From a bacterium (GTDB lineage Bacteria > Patescibacteriota > Minisyncoccia > UBA6257 > Colwellbacteraceae): DNA of 46,854 nucleotides. Below the pieces are notes generated by a model that did not search any database, was not told the origin of the DNA, and worked only from the letters and a program-made list of their open reading frames with translations. A program made the position numbers and the translations under genes. Where the stretch lies: NCBI GenBank assembly GCA_029548485.1, contig JAKPNH010000011.1, forward strand, positions 1-46,854. The letters run 5' to 3'. Every line of letters starts with the position of its first letter. The stretch's first letter is position 1. Positions 1 to 8,689 of this stretch are shown in pieces.

Positions 1-651
1 TACCGGACTGTTGGTTTGGTTGTTGCAGCAGCATTTGTAGAAGTTTCCGGAGCCTCCTTCGCAGGAACCTGACCAGAGACCCTTATTTTGTTCGTTGACG
101 AGACATTGGTTGGAAGAAGCTATGTTGGTGCATTTGTCGGCGAGAGAGTAGAGACGGGAAGTGATGCGGTAAAAATACACAGTATAAGGTATAGAAACCC
201 TGGCTAAAAGAGGAAATTTACATTCTTCAATTTGATATTTACCCCATGGAAGCAGATTCTCCGATCCAGATATTCCCAAATTTCTTCCCACTTGTCCGCA
301 GGAAGTTCCGGGACAGCCGCCGGTGCTGTTGGCGCTATACGAAGTGACACAAGTGGTATATGGGTGGCAGCCTTCTTTACCTTCTGTATCTTGCCATCGA
401 CTATACTCTCTTTGGTACCAGACTTCTTCTTCGACAGAATCCAAGATGTTACTTGAAGGAGTGTATGTTTCTGGGACTTCCTCATACGAGATACATTCAT
501 CTCCTTGGCAGATTTGTCCGTTTATACATTGAAAATAGCTGTCCGGAGGAAAGTCTCCTTCAAGGCATTGGGTTAGTTGGGCCTGAGTTACTTGGAAATC
601 TATTGATAGAAATCCAACAAATAAAATCGTAAGAAGGATAATCTTTTTCAT
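1..651 (-). CDS. Secreted cysteine-rich protein, N-terminal 217 aa (runs off left edge; not in ORF track)
   Basis: Manual translation from ATG at 651: MKKIILLTILFVGFLSIDFQVTQAQLTQCLEGDFPPDSYFQCINGQICQGDEC...CEGGSGNFYKCCCNNQTNSPV, with no stop before position 1. Signal-peptide-like N-terminus. TG-A-TATAAT lies 7 nt upstream. Confidence 0.85.
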   Translation of the reverse strand, partial: MKKIILLTILFVGFLSIDFQVTQAQLTQCLEGDFPPDSYFQCINGQICQGDECISYEEVPETYTPSSNILDSVEEEVWYQREYSRWQDTEGKEGCHPYTTCVTSYSANSTGGCPGTSCGQVGRNLGISGSENLLPWGKYQIEECKFPLLARVSIPYTVYFYRITSRLYSLADKCTNIASSNQCLVNEQNKGLWSGSCEGGSGNFYKCCCNNQTNSPV

Positions 652-658
652 TGGATTT

Positions 659-667
659 ATTATATCA
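659..667 (-). promoter_or_regulatory. Extended -10 box (TGA-TATAAT), 7 nt before ATG at 651
   Basis: The minus strand reads TGATATAATAAATCCA-ATG. Confidence 0.7.
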
Positions 668-676
668 TAACTAAAG

Positions 677-707
677 AATAACCCTCGTTTTTTAGACGAG
701 GGTTATT
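677..707 (-). terminator. Intrinsic terminator after the 706..1383 gene
   Basis: Perfect 12-bp inverted repeat AATAACCCTCGT / ACGAGGGTTATT at the stop codon, followed by a U-rich tract on the minus strand. Confidence 0.8.
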
Positions 708-1383
708 AGAGTGCAGTCATAAGGTTGGTGAGAGCATCTTCGATAGAGCTGTTATTGTCCGAGACAATAACAATTATCAAATTAGCTCCCGCCCAGTCAT
801 TAAGGAGTGGAGCACCGACCGTCCCGAGAAGAGTCCCTGCCTTCAGTTCAATTCTATAAAGGTCTTTGATCATCTCGAGAGTGACCTCTATATCTTCCGG
901 AATCACTTTAGTGGCGAAGCTCTCTTGTAGTTCTTGCGTCAGATTGATACCGCAAATTATCATCGCAAGATCCGGCCACTCGAGCGTTAGAGAGCTTTCC
1001 CCAGTAATACTATCTCTAACTCCTCCATATACAGTCGCGTCCTTTGCGAGCGTGACCTCAACGCTGCCAGTCCTTACCGCTTCTGTTGAGAATCTGCAGA
1101 GTAGTATAGGAAAGTCAACTTGAGTGGTTGGGTCGGTAGTCTTCCAGTATTCATAGTAGTCAGGCTTTTCAAACCTTACCGGACTAAGCTTTATCGGCTC
1201 AGTCGGTGTCTCCGGTTTAGCTGGCTCCACAGGATCGACGGGTTTAGTCGGATCCGGCTTCTCCGCAATCGGATCTTCCAGGATAGGTGTCTCGCCTTTG
1301 GGAACAAAGACGAGAATCGAGGTGAGTATAAAACAAAAGATGATGACGAACACGAAGATCTTCCGAGTCTTTCCTTTTCTCAA
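706..1383 (-). CDS. Membrane-anchored protein with Pro-rich linker and degenerate M23/LytM-like domain
   Basis: Basic N-terminus plus TM helix, PDPTKPVDPVEPAKPETP linker, motifs 'KDATVYGG' and 'LKAGTLLGTVG'. TTG start preceded by AAGGAGG. Confidence 0.7.
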   Translation of the reverse strand: MRKGKTRKIFVFVIIFCFILTSILVFVPKGETPILEDPIAEKPDPTKPVDPVEPAKPETPTEPIKLSPVRFEKPDYYEYWKTTDPTTQVDFPILLCRFSTEAVRTGSVEVTLAKDATVYGGVRDSITGESSLTLEWPDLAMIICGINLTQELQESFATKVIPEDIEVTLEMIKDLYRIELKAGTLLGTVGAPLLNDWAGANLIIVIVSDNNSSIEDALTNLMTAL

Positions 1384-1436
1384 CTTTGCTCCCTCCTTAA
1401 GAGATTAGCAGTTGTTAAACCACTGCTTATGCTTTT

Positions 1437-1465
1437 TTTATAGCATAAATAGGCTGATTTGTCAA
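1437..1465 (-). promoter_or_regulatory. Sigma70-type promoter TTGACA-N17-TATAAA (with TG extension) for the 706..1383 gene
   Basis: The minus strand reads TTGACA AATCAGCCTATTTATGC TATAAA. Confidence 0.75.
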
Positions 1466-1489
1466 AGGAAACAAACGGCTGGATAGAGT

Positions 1490-2053
1490 TTAAATTCCCA
1501 ACTTGTCTTCGATGTAGAGATTGGTGTTCGAATAAACCGTGCCCGGGAATAAAGCTTGATTCTCGATGCTCACGATCAAGTTGTAATCCCCGAAAGCGTC
1601 AACCGTATTTTCCGAAACATATCCCAAAACATCCCCTTTTTGCGCTTCGGAGTTCTGATTCATATCGGATAAAGGATTGGCGAGGACATTGACGCTGATA
1701 AGTCCGGCGGTCGAATTCGGTATGACGAAATGGCGCAGTAAAATGCCGGAATAAGGGCTGTTGGGGCTGCTCGGATTGTCCATGGATATCGGCGCCGTTG
1801 ATCCGTCTGTCGGAGCGAAAACCGGCGCTCCGGCGAGAATCTTGAATCCGAGAATCGGATCCCTCGCTTCTTCAAAATAGATAAATCGGGCCTCGGAACA
1901 GTATTTTTCTTCGACCAGAAGGCACGTCCCCGGCTTCGATATCCCCGAAGAGAATAACCTGAAGGAAGCGAACCATCCCTCCCTCCATCCGACGAAAACC
2001 CCGACCGCGAGCACGAGAAGAACGATCAGAAATATTTTTAAGGATTTGGACAT
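1490..2053 (-). CDS. Membrane-anchored protein with degenerate M23/LytM-like domain
   Basis: N-terminal TM helix. 'AGAPVFAPTDGS' and 'QKGDVLGYVS' resemble M23 motifs, but there are no HxxxD/HxH Zn ligands. TGT-TATACT lies 9 nt upstream. Confidence 0.7.
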   Translation of the reverse strand: MSKSLKIFLIVLLVLAVGVFVGWREGWFASFRLFSSGISKPGTCLLVEEKYCSEARFIYFEEARDPILGFKILAGAPVFAPTDGSTAPISMDNPSSPNSPYSGILLRHFVIPNSTAGLISVNVLANPLSDMNQNSEAQKGDVLGYVSENTVDAFGDYNLIVSIENQALFPGTVYSNTNLYIEDKLGI

Positions 2054-2075
2054 AATGGTTTCAGTATAACATATA

Positions 2076-3974
2076 TCATTCCGCCGAGACGTTTCCCGTT
2101 GTTATCGAGTCCGCGGATTTTCCCACCCGGTTCTTGTAATACCAGTCGAGCACGTCGCGTCCGATCGGAACGGCGTTGGTAGTGCTCGTTTTCGCGTTTT
2201 CCGCAAGTACCAGAACGCAGATCGACGGGTAGTCTTCGACCGGCATCGGCCCGCAACCGACGAAAATGGCGTTTATTTTTTTGTTGTCCAGGACCGAAGC
2301 GCTTCCGGTCTTGGCGACGCTTTGGTAATCGAGATCCGCCAGGCTGGTGCAGGTGCCGTAGGATTTGTAAACCGCGTCCGACATTCCCTTCAACGTCGTC
2401 TGCATTTCCGGCTCGAGATAAGAAATATCGCGGACTACTTCCGGCTCGCTCCCCGAAACGATATGCGGTTTGTAGATCAAGCCGCCGTTGACGATCGAAG
2501 CGTAGGCCCGAACGAGTTCGAGGAGGCTGATTTTCAAATCTCCGTGGCCGATGGAAACCTGGTAGGTGTCTCCCAATCTCCAGGCGATGCCGGTTCTTTC
2601 TTTCTGGGTCGAAGGAGAAGGAATGAATCCGGTCGCTTCTCCCGGAATCTCCACGCCGGTTTTCTCGTTGAATCCGAAAAGCTTCAGGTATTTTTCGATC
2701 AAAGGCATGCCCAATCCCTTGAAATCGGTCTCGCCCTGGATCAAATCTTCGTTATACGGCAATCCGCCTCCGACGGCGTAGAAAAAAATGTTGCTCGAGC
2801 GGGCGATGGCGGCGTAAAGGTCGACCCAGCCGTGCGGCTTCCAATCCGGAAAAAGCGTCGGCTGATCCGGGTAATACGGGTTCGGCACCTCGAGCACGCC
2901 CGAAGAATAGACGAGATCGCTCGGTTTGATGATTCCTTCTTTCAGGGCGGCGATGGACAAAAAAGGCTTCACGGTCGAAGCCGGACTGTATTTGCCCATG
3001 ACCGGCCGGTTCAGGATCGGGCTTTTCGGATCGTCCAAAAGATTCGGTATCTCGTCGAGGGTGAAACTCGGATAGCTGATGAGGCTCAAAATCTCGCCGG
3101 TTTTCGGATCAAAAACGATGCCGGCTCCCCCTTCCCGGAGGTCCAAATCTTTGATTCCTTTTTCGAGTCGCCAATAGAAATATTCCTGGAGTTCGGCGTC
3201 GATGGTGGTTTGAAGGTCGTTTCCGATTTTCGGCTCGGTCAAAGATTTCTCTTCCAGGGATTCTCCTTTGACGTTCCGCCTGACGATCGTCCGGCCATTC
3301 ACTCCCCGCAGGCTTTCGTCGAAAGCCGCCTCGAGACCGGTTTTCCCGACGGTGTCGCTTCCCGTAAGGCCGCGCTTCTTGATGTCGTTGGCCGTCGCGA
3401 GGCCCGTATAGCCCACCGCGTGGGCAAAAGCTTCGTCGAATTCCCGTTTAAAGTCGTCGGCCACGAAAAGCGAATTCAATCCCATTCCTTTCAGATCTAT
3501 GGCTTCGGAATTGGAAATGTCCTTTTTGATCAGAACGGTATCCGTCTCCTGAAGATTGCTTTGATTCAATATGGAAAAAAGCTTGTTCTGGTCGACGCCG
3601 AGCTTGGCCAAGGCTTCGAGCACCGGAGCCATCTCGTTCTGTTTGACGAGTTCGGCCGGCCGCAGATAAACGCTAAGTATCGGCGTGTTCCTGACAACCG
3701 GCTTTCCGTAGCGATCGAGAATAATCCCTCTCGGCGCCGACTCGATAATCACTTTGTTGATGTTCGCGTCCGCGCGTTCGGCGTAAGCCTTGTTTTTGAC
3801 GATGCTTAGAAACCCCGTCCTGAAGAAAACCAAGCCCCCGATCACGGCCGCGACCAGGCCGAGCCCCAAGAATATCCGCCTGTCCAAATCTTTTTCGGTC
3901 ACGGAAAAACCCCTCGAGGATTCGGTGTCCAGGGTGATTTCGTCGAAATTGATTTCGTGGAATCCTTTTTTCAT
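2076..3974 (-). CDS. mrdA: Penicillin-binding protein 2 (class B, elongasome)
   Basis: TM anchor, 'APRGIILDRYG' dimerisation domain, SxxK (STVK), SxN (SSN) and KTG motifs. Lies downstream of mreBC. Confidence 0.92.
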   Translation of the reverse strand: MKKGFHEINFDEITLDTESSRGFSVTEKDLDRRIFLGLGLVAAVIGGLVFFRTGFLSIVKNKAYAERADANINKVIIESAPRGIILDRYGKPVVRNTPILSVYLRPAELVKQNEMAPVLEALAKLGVDQNKLFSILNQSNLQETDTVLIKKDISNSEAIDLKGMGLNSLFVADDFKREFDEAFAHAVGYTGLATANDIKKRGLTGSDTVGKTGLEAAFDESLRGVNGRTIVRRNVKGESLEEKSLTEPKIGNDLQTTIDAELQEYFYWRLEKGIKDLDLREGGAGIVFDPKTGEILSLISYPSFTLDEIPNLLDDPKSPILNRPVMGKYSPASTVKPFLSIAALKEGIIKPSDLVYSSGVLEVPNPYYPDQPTLFPDWKPHGWVDLYAAIARSSNIFFYAVGGGLPYNEDLIQGETDFKGLGMPLIEKYLKLFGFNEKTGVEIPGEATGFIPSPSTQKERTGIAWRLGDTYQVSIGHGDLKISLLELVRAYASIVNGGLIYKPHIVSGSEPEVVRDISYLEPEMQTTLKGMSDAVYKSYGTCTSLADLDYQSVAKTGSASVLDNKKINAIFVGCGPMPVEDYPSICVLVLAENAKTSTTNAVPIGRDVLDWYYKNRVGKSADSITTGNVSAE

Positions 3975-3975
3975 T

Positions 3976-4257
3976 TCAAATCAAAATCAGAACATTAAAA
4001 ATCATTTCCGCGGCGACGATGGCGATAACGAAGCCGAAGCTTATCTTCGTCCGCAAAAAATCCCCGAGCCAGCTGCCGAAAGCGGCCGACAAAATAAAAA
4101 AGAGAAGGGTGACGTCGAATCCTGGATAGAATTTCACGAAAAACCCGGCGATCGAAAATACCAAAGTCCTTTGCCACCAGCTCCTGAAGAAAAAGCTCGC
4201 GGCGACGGCCAGGCCGAGGAGAAGATTGCCGAAGCTAATCAACAATGACCACGACAT
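3976..4257 (-). CDS. Small hydrophobic membrane protein, probable truncated MreD
   Basis: 93 aa, almost entirely hydrophobic, in the mreD position between mreC and mrdA. Confidence 0.6.
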   Translation of the reverse strand: MSWSLLISFGNLLLGLAVAASFFFRSWWQRTLVFSIAGFFVKFYPGFDVTLLFFILSAAFGSWLGDFLRTKISFGFVIAIVAAEMIFNVLILI

Positions 4258-4897
4258 TGCGGAGGTTCTTGAGTTCGTAGGTCGGTTGGAGTCGGGCTTC
4301 TTTGAGCGGAGAACCGGAAGTGATGTTCACGGCCCTGCCCAAAACAAGGCCGTAGGGAAGATTCTTGTCGGCGGTAAAAACCATATCTTCTTCCTTGGTC
4401 GGGCTTTTGGAATCGATGAGGCTCAATTTGGCGGTCAATCCGCCGTCGTAAAAAGCGTCGGTTTCCGATTCGCCGATGCGGACCGGGGTTTTGAAATCCT
4501 TGTCGAAAATCGTCTGGACAACGGCCGAGTTCGGATAAACCCGCTTTACCCGGCCGACCATTATCTTGTTTTCGACGACCACGGCCATGCCTTCTTCCAC
4601 CCCGGAACTCGAACCTTTGTTGATGACGATTTCCGAGCGGTTGGCGAAAGGATAAAGCGAATAAACCTTGGCCGCCACTTTTTCTCCTTCGGTTTCCTTG
4701 TTTCCGATCTTCAAATTTAAAAGCTGGGCTTCAAGCTCCAAGTTCTTGATTTTCAAGTTGTCGATTTCGCTTGTGCCGGACTCCATGGCGAAAGACAAAA
4801 GCCGGTGGCGCAGAGAAAGAACGTTCTCTCCGCCGCAAATGAGATACGCTCCGATGATAAACGCCGTGAATAAAAGCGCGCGATTGTTCTTCCGCAT
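4235..4897 (-). CDS. mreC: Rod shape-determining protein MreC
   Basis: TM helix, coiled coil, 'IVINKGSSSGVEEGMAVV...VGRV' and 'LPYGLVLGRAV' motifs. Follows mreB. Confidence 0.9.
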   Translation of the reverse strand: MRKNNRALLFTAFIIGAYLICGGENVLSLRHRLLSFAMESGTSEIDNLKIKNLELEAQLLNLKIGNKETEGEKVAAKVYSLYPFANRSEIVINKGSSSGVEEGMAVVVENKIMVGRVKRVYPNSAVVQTIFDKDFKTPVRIGESETDAFYDGGLTAKLSLIDSKSPTKEEDMVFTADKNLPYGLVLGRAVNITSGSPLKEARLQPTYELKNLRNVVVIVD

Positions 4898-4913
4898 GAT
4901 TACTTATATTGTA

Positions 4914-5957
4914 CTATATTTTGATCTCGCGAGGCTTGGCCTGGCTGTCCAAGATCTTTTCGTAGTGGCCGAAGTCCTCGATGATCATGCCGACTCCCCT
5001 GATGACGCAAGTCAAAGGATCGTCGATCAAAGTGGCCTGACTCGCGATTTCTTTCGAAAGATACTGGTCGAATCCGCGAAGCATGCTCCCGCCACCGCAG
5101 ATGTAGACTCCCCTTTCGAGAATGTCGCCGACGAGTTCCGGCGGCGCTTCCTCGATCAGGCTTTTCGAGGCTTCGGCAATGGTTTTCAAAGATCTCGAGA
5201 TGGCCATCCTCACGTGGGAATTCTTAATGACCGCTTCTTTCGGAAGGCCGGTCGAAAGATCCCGTCCGTGGACGGTCATTTCGAGCTTTTCGTCGAGAGG
5301 AATGGCCGAACCGATGGAAATCTTCAGATCTTCGGCCGTGGGTTCGCCGATGGCCAGCTTGAATTCGTCCCTGATGAATCTGATGATGTCTTCGTTCAAT
5401 TTGTCACCGGCGGTTTTCAGGCTGTTCGAAATCACCGTGCCGCCGATAGAAATGATGGCGATCTCCGTGGTGCCGCCGCCGACATCGACGATCATGTTGG
5501 CGGTCGGATCCTCCACCGGCAGGCGCGCGCCCAAGGCGGCGGCAATCGGCTCTTCGATCAGGTAGACCTTGGAAACGCCAGCGGAAAGAGCCGCGTCTTC
5601 GACAGATTTTCTTTCGACTTCGGTTAAGTGGGTCGGCACGCCGAGCACGGCCAATCCGTAACGGTTGAAAATGCCCTCACTCAGGTTCCGAAGATGGTAT
5701 TTGATAACCTCTTCGGTCATCTCGAAATCGGAGATCACTCCTCCGGTCAGGGGCTTTACGACGTCGATGTGTTGGGGCGTCCGGTCGAGCATTTTTTTGG
5801 CTTCGCTGCCGATAGCCACGATCTGGCCGGTCTTGTTGTTGACGGCCACGATGGTCGGTTCGTTCACCAAAAGCCCCTTGTTCTTGAGATAGATTAAAGT
5901 GTTGGTCGTTCCGAGATCGATGCCGACATCTTTGCTAAATTTTCCGAAGATATTCAT
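4914..5957 (-). CDS. mreB: Rod shape-determining actin-like protein MreB
   Basis: [28 protein letters not shown] and GGGSMLRG motifs. Confidence 0.95.
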   Translation of the reverse strand: MNIFGKFSKDVGIDLGTTNTLIYLKNKGLLVNEPTIVAVNNKTGQIVAIGSEAKKMLDRTPQHIDVVKPLTGGVISDFEMTEEVIKYHLRNLSEGIFNRYGLAVLGVPTHLTEVERKSVEDAALSAGVSKVYLIEEPIAAALGARLPVEDPTANMIVDVGGGTTEIAIISIGGTVISNSLKTAGDKLNEDIIRFIRDEFKLAIGEPTAEDLKISIGSAIPLDEKLEMTVHGRDLSTGLPKEAVIKNSHVRMAISRSLKTIAEASKSLIEEAPPELVGDILERGVYICGGGSMLRGFDQYLSKEIASQATLIDDPLTCVIRGVGMIIEDFGHYEKILDSQAKPREIKI

Positions 5958-7149
5958 AGTTCACCAGTGTTGTTTTCTTTTCAGTCCTTTTCTTCAATTC
6001 TATTTTCTTGCCGGTTTTCTCGCTCACGATCAGCCGATACGGAATGCCTATCAAGTCGGCGTCGGCGAGCTTTTCTCCCGGAGAAACGTCGCGGTCGTCG
6101 TAAAGGACTTCCAGGCCGTCTTCGAGCATTTGCTTGTAGATTTTCGCGGCCGATCCTTTCTTGAATTCCAAAAGATGGAACTTGTAGGGAGCGACTTCCT
6201 CGGGCCAGATCAGGCCTTTTTCGTCGTTCGAAGTGTCGGCGATCGTCCCCATCACCCTGTTCAGGCCGATGCCGTAGCAGCCCATCTGGACCTCTATTTC
6301 CCGGCCGCTTTTGTCTTTATACCGCAATTCGAACGGCTTTGAAAACTTGACACCGAGCTTGAAAATATTGCCGACTTCGATGGATTTTTTCTTGGAGAAT
6401 TCGCGGCCTCGGCACACCGGGCATTCCCGCTGTTCGGAGACGATTTCTTCGTTTACGGCCACCCGGCATTTTTCGCAGACGTAGATCGTGTCTTCTCCGG
6501 ATTCGGAAAGGGTTTGAAATTCGTGGGAATATTTGGAGAATGTTCCGCCCGAAGCCCAAGTGAGATAAGTGATCTTTCCCAAACCCACCCGCTTCCAAAT
6601 CTTCATGTAAGTCTTAGATACCTTGTCGTAATACCGGTCGAGGTCGGCCGCGTCCGCGTGAAAAGAATAAAGGTCTTTCATGAAGAACTCCCGGCCGCGG
6701 AGCAATCCGGCCTTGGCCCTTTTCTCGTCGCGGAATTTGTTTTGTATCTGGAAAACCGCTTTCGGCAGATCGCGGTAGGAAACGATGTGTTTTTTGGCGA
6801 TCGGAGTCAATTCTTCTTCGTGGGTCGGCGCCAGGGCATAATCTATTTCCGAAATCTGGCTTTTTATCTTGAAAAGCGCGTCGAAATCGAGCCAGCGCCC
6901 GGTCGTTTCCCAATTCGCCTTGGGCTGGAGCGAAGTCATTAATATTTCTTCGGCTCCGATCGCCGTCATTTCCTCGCGGATGATCTCTTCCAGTTTCCTG
7001 AAAACCCGGAGTCCGAGGGGAAGGAAAGCATAGGCTCCGGCCATCACCTTGTAAATAAAACCTCCCCTTATCAAAAGGGAGGCGTTTTTCGATTCCTCGT
7101 CCTTCGGCGCTTCTTTCAGGGTCTTGGTGAAGAGTTCGCTTTGTTTCAT
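5935..7149 (-). CDS. proS: Proline--tRNA ligase, bacterial type without INS editing domain
   Basis: LAPTHEE, FRDEKRAKAGLLRGREF, EVGNIFKLG, MGCYGIG motifs and anticodon-binding domain. Only 404 aa. Confidence 0.95.
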   Translation of the reverse strand: MKQSELFTKTLKEAPKDEESKNASLLIRGGFIYKVMAGAYAFLPLGLRVFRKLEEIIREEMTAIGAEEILMTSLQPKANWETTGRWLDFDALFKIKSQISEIDYALAPTHEEELTPIAKKHIVSYRDLPKAVFQIQNKFRDEKRAKAGLLRGREFFMKDLYSFHADAADLDRYYDKVSKTYMKIWKRVGLGKITYLTWASGGTFSKYSHEFQTLSESGEDTIYVCEKCRVAVNEEIVSEQRECPVCRGREFSKKKSIEVGNIFKLGVKFSKPFELRYKDKSGREIEVQMGCYGIGLNRVMGTIADTSNDEKGLIWPEEVAPYKFHLLEFKKGSAAKIYKQMLEDGLEVLYDDRDVSPGEKLADADLIGIPYRLIVSEKTGKKIELKKRTEKKTTLVNYEYLRKI

Positions 7150-8153
7150 TTGGAAAATAGTTTGCTTATGTCTCTTATGTTAACAACTATCATCAGAAAC
7201 AGCAAAATCAAATATCCCGCCAAATTGACGGTCGAAGCGATCTTGGAATTGGCCGGCTTGCCGCGGATTTTCTCGTAGATAAGGAAAGCGATGTTGCCGC
7301 CGTCCAAAGCCGGAATGGGCAAAAGATTGACCACCGTGAAATTCAAGGAAACCATCCCCAAAAGTTGGAGCACGTAAGGAAGGCCCAGTTTGTTCGCCGT
7401 GTGGATGGCGCCGATCACTCCCACCACTCCGCTCACCTCGGAAAGGCTTCCACGGATCCTTAGAAAACTCGCGAGCCTTTGGACAATCAAGCCGATGATC
7501 TCGAAACAAGACAAAAGGCCTTGTTTGATGCTTCCGAAAAATCCGAGCCGGTCCACGCCCGGTTCGGTCACTTCGGCGCCGATCCGGCCGGTTTCGGCCG
7601 AAACCAAAGACATGGGCGTGACGCTCACTTTGATTTTCTCGTTGTCGCGGTTCACTTCCAAAGCCAAGGGTTGGCCTTCGTGGCTTCTGATAGCTTCGAG
7701 AAAAGCGTCGAGATCGGAAAAACCCAAGACTTGGTCTCCGTTACGGAGTCCGGCCGATTCCGCCGGACTGTTCGTAAGCACGTTCGTGATGTAAAGGGCC
7801 TGCGGAATGCCGACCATGAAAATGACGGAAAAGGCGGCCCAGGCGATCAGAAAATTCATGGCGATTCCCCCCAAAAGCGTAAGCAGCCTTTTCCAAAAAG
7901 GAGCGTTGTTGAATCCCCTTCCCGGCTCGCCCGATTTTCCCTGTTCGATCTCGACGAATCCTCCGAAAGGCAAGGCGTTCAGGCTGTAAACGGTTTCGCC
8001 GATTTTCTTGGAAAAAAGGCGCGGCTTGTATCCGAAGCCGAACTCATTGACTTTCATGCCGCTCAACTTCGCCACCAGAAAATGCCCGAATTCGTGGCCG
8101 GCGACGATCAGAGCCACGAAAAAAAGAATCAATATGATTTCGACGGCGAGCAT
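7146..8153 (-). CDS. rseP: RIP metalloprotease RseP (M50, one PDZ domain)
   Basis: HEFGH, 'ALPFGGFV', PDZ 'SPAESAGLRNGD' and NLLPIPALDGG motifs. Confidence 0.9.
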   Translation of the reverse strand: MLAVEIILILFFVALIVAGHEFGHFLVAKLSGMKVNEFGFGYKPRLFSKKIGETVYSLNALPFGGFVEIEQGKSGEPGRGFNNAPFWKRLLTLLGGIAMNFLIAWAAFSVIFMVGIPQALYITNVLTNSPAESAGLRNGDQVLGFSDLDAFLEAIRSHEGQPLALEVNRDNEKIKVSVTPMSLVSAETGRIGAEVTEPGVDRLGFFGSIKQGLLSCFEIIGLIVQRLASFLRIRGSLSEVSGVVGVIGAIHTANKLGLPYVLQLLGMVSLNFTVVNLLPIPALDGGNIAFLIYEKIRGKPANSKIASTVNLAGYLILLFLMIVVNIRDISKLFSK

Positions 8154-8158
8154 GGATG

Positions 8159-8689
8159 TTATTCGTCGAGTTCCCCGATCTTTTCCTTGACCAGGCAGTC
8201 GACTTCTTCGTTGAACTTGTCGACTCTTTTCTGCAATTCGTCCTTTTGCTTGAATTTCTGGTCTTCGGGAAAAGTGTTGATTATTTTTTGCGCCTTGTCC
8301 CTTTCGAGCCGCATTTTGATCCTGTTTTCCTCGGCCAGAGACTTCACGAGCTTGGCGAGCTCGTCGCGCCGCTCTTCGGTGAGGCTCGGAAGGGTCACCC
8401 GGATGATGGCGCCGTCGGTAGAAACGCTCAACCCGGAATTGTTCTGGCTGATGGCTTTTTCTATATTCGGCAGAATGCTCTTGTCCCAGGGAGAAATGAC
8501 GAGATCCCTTGGCGGAACGATATTGATGGTCGCAAGCTGGTTTACGGTCATGGCGTCGCCGTAAGCGTCGACTTTGACGTCTTCGATCAAGCCCGGACTC
8601 GGCCGGTTTGATCTGATCTTCTGCATTTCGGATTTAAGGAAAGCGAGAATGTTTTCCGTAGACGATTGGAAATCTTTTATCGGGTCCAT
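8159..8689 (-). CDS. frr: Ribosome recycling factor
   Basis: 'IRSNRPSPGLIEDVKVDAYG' and 'LPSLTEERRDELAK' motifs. Confidence 0.93.
   Translation of the reverse strand: MDPIKDFQSSTENILAFLKSEMQKIRSNRPSPGLIEDVKVDAYGDAMTVNQLATINIVPPRDLVISPWDKSILPNIEKAISQNNSGLSVSTDGAIIRVTLPSLTEERRDELAKLVKSLAEENRIKMRLERDKAQKIINTFPEDQKFKQKDELQKRVDKFNEEVDCLVKEKIGELDE

Noticed and set aside
204..632. Short ORF-track calls at the left edge
   Set aside because: Superseded by the uninterrupted minus-strand frame 651..1, which has a signal peptide and promoter.
2322..3809. 495-aa plus-strand ORF, and similar long antisense ORFs over fusA, tuf, aspS, secY and dnaK
   Set aside because: All lie fully opposite clear housekeeping genes and show no independent start signals or domains.
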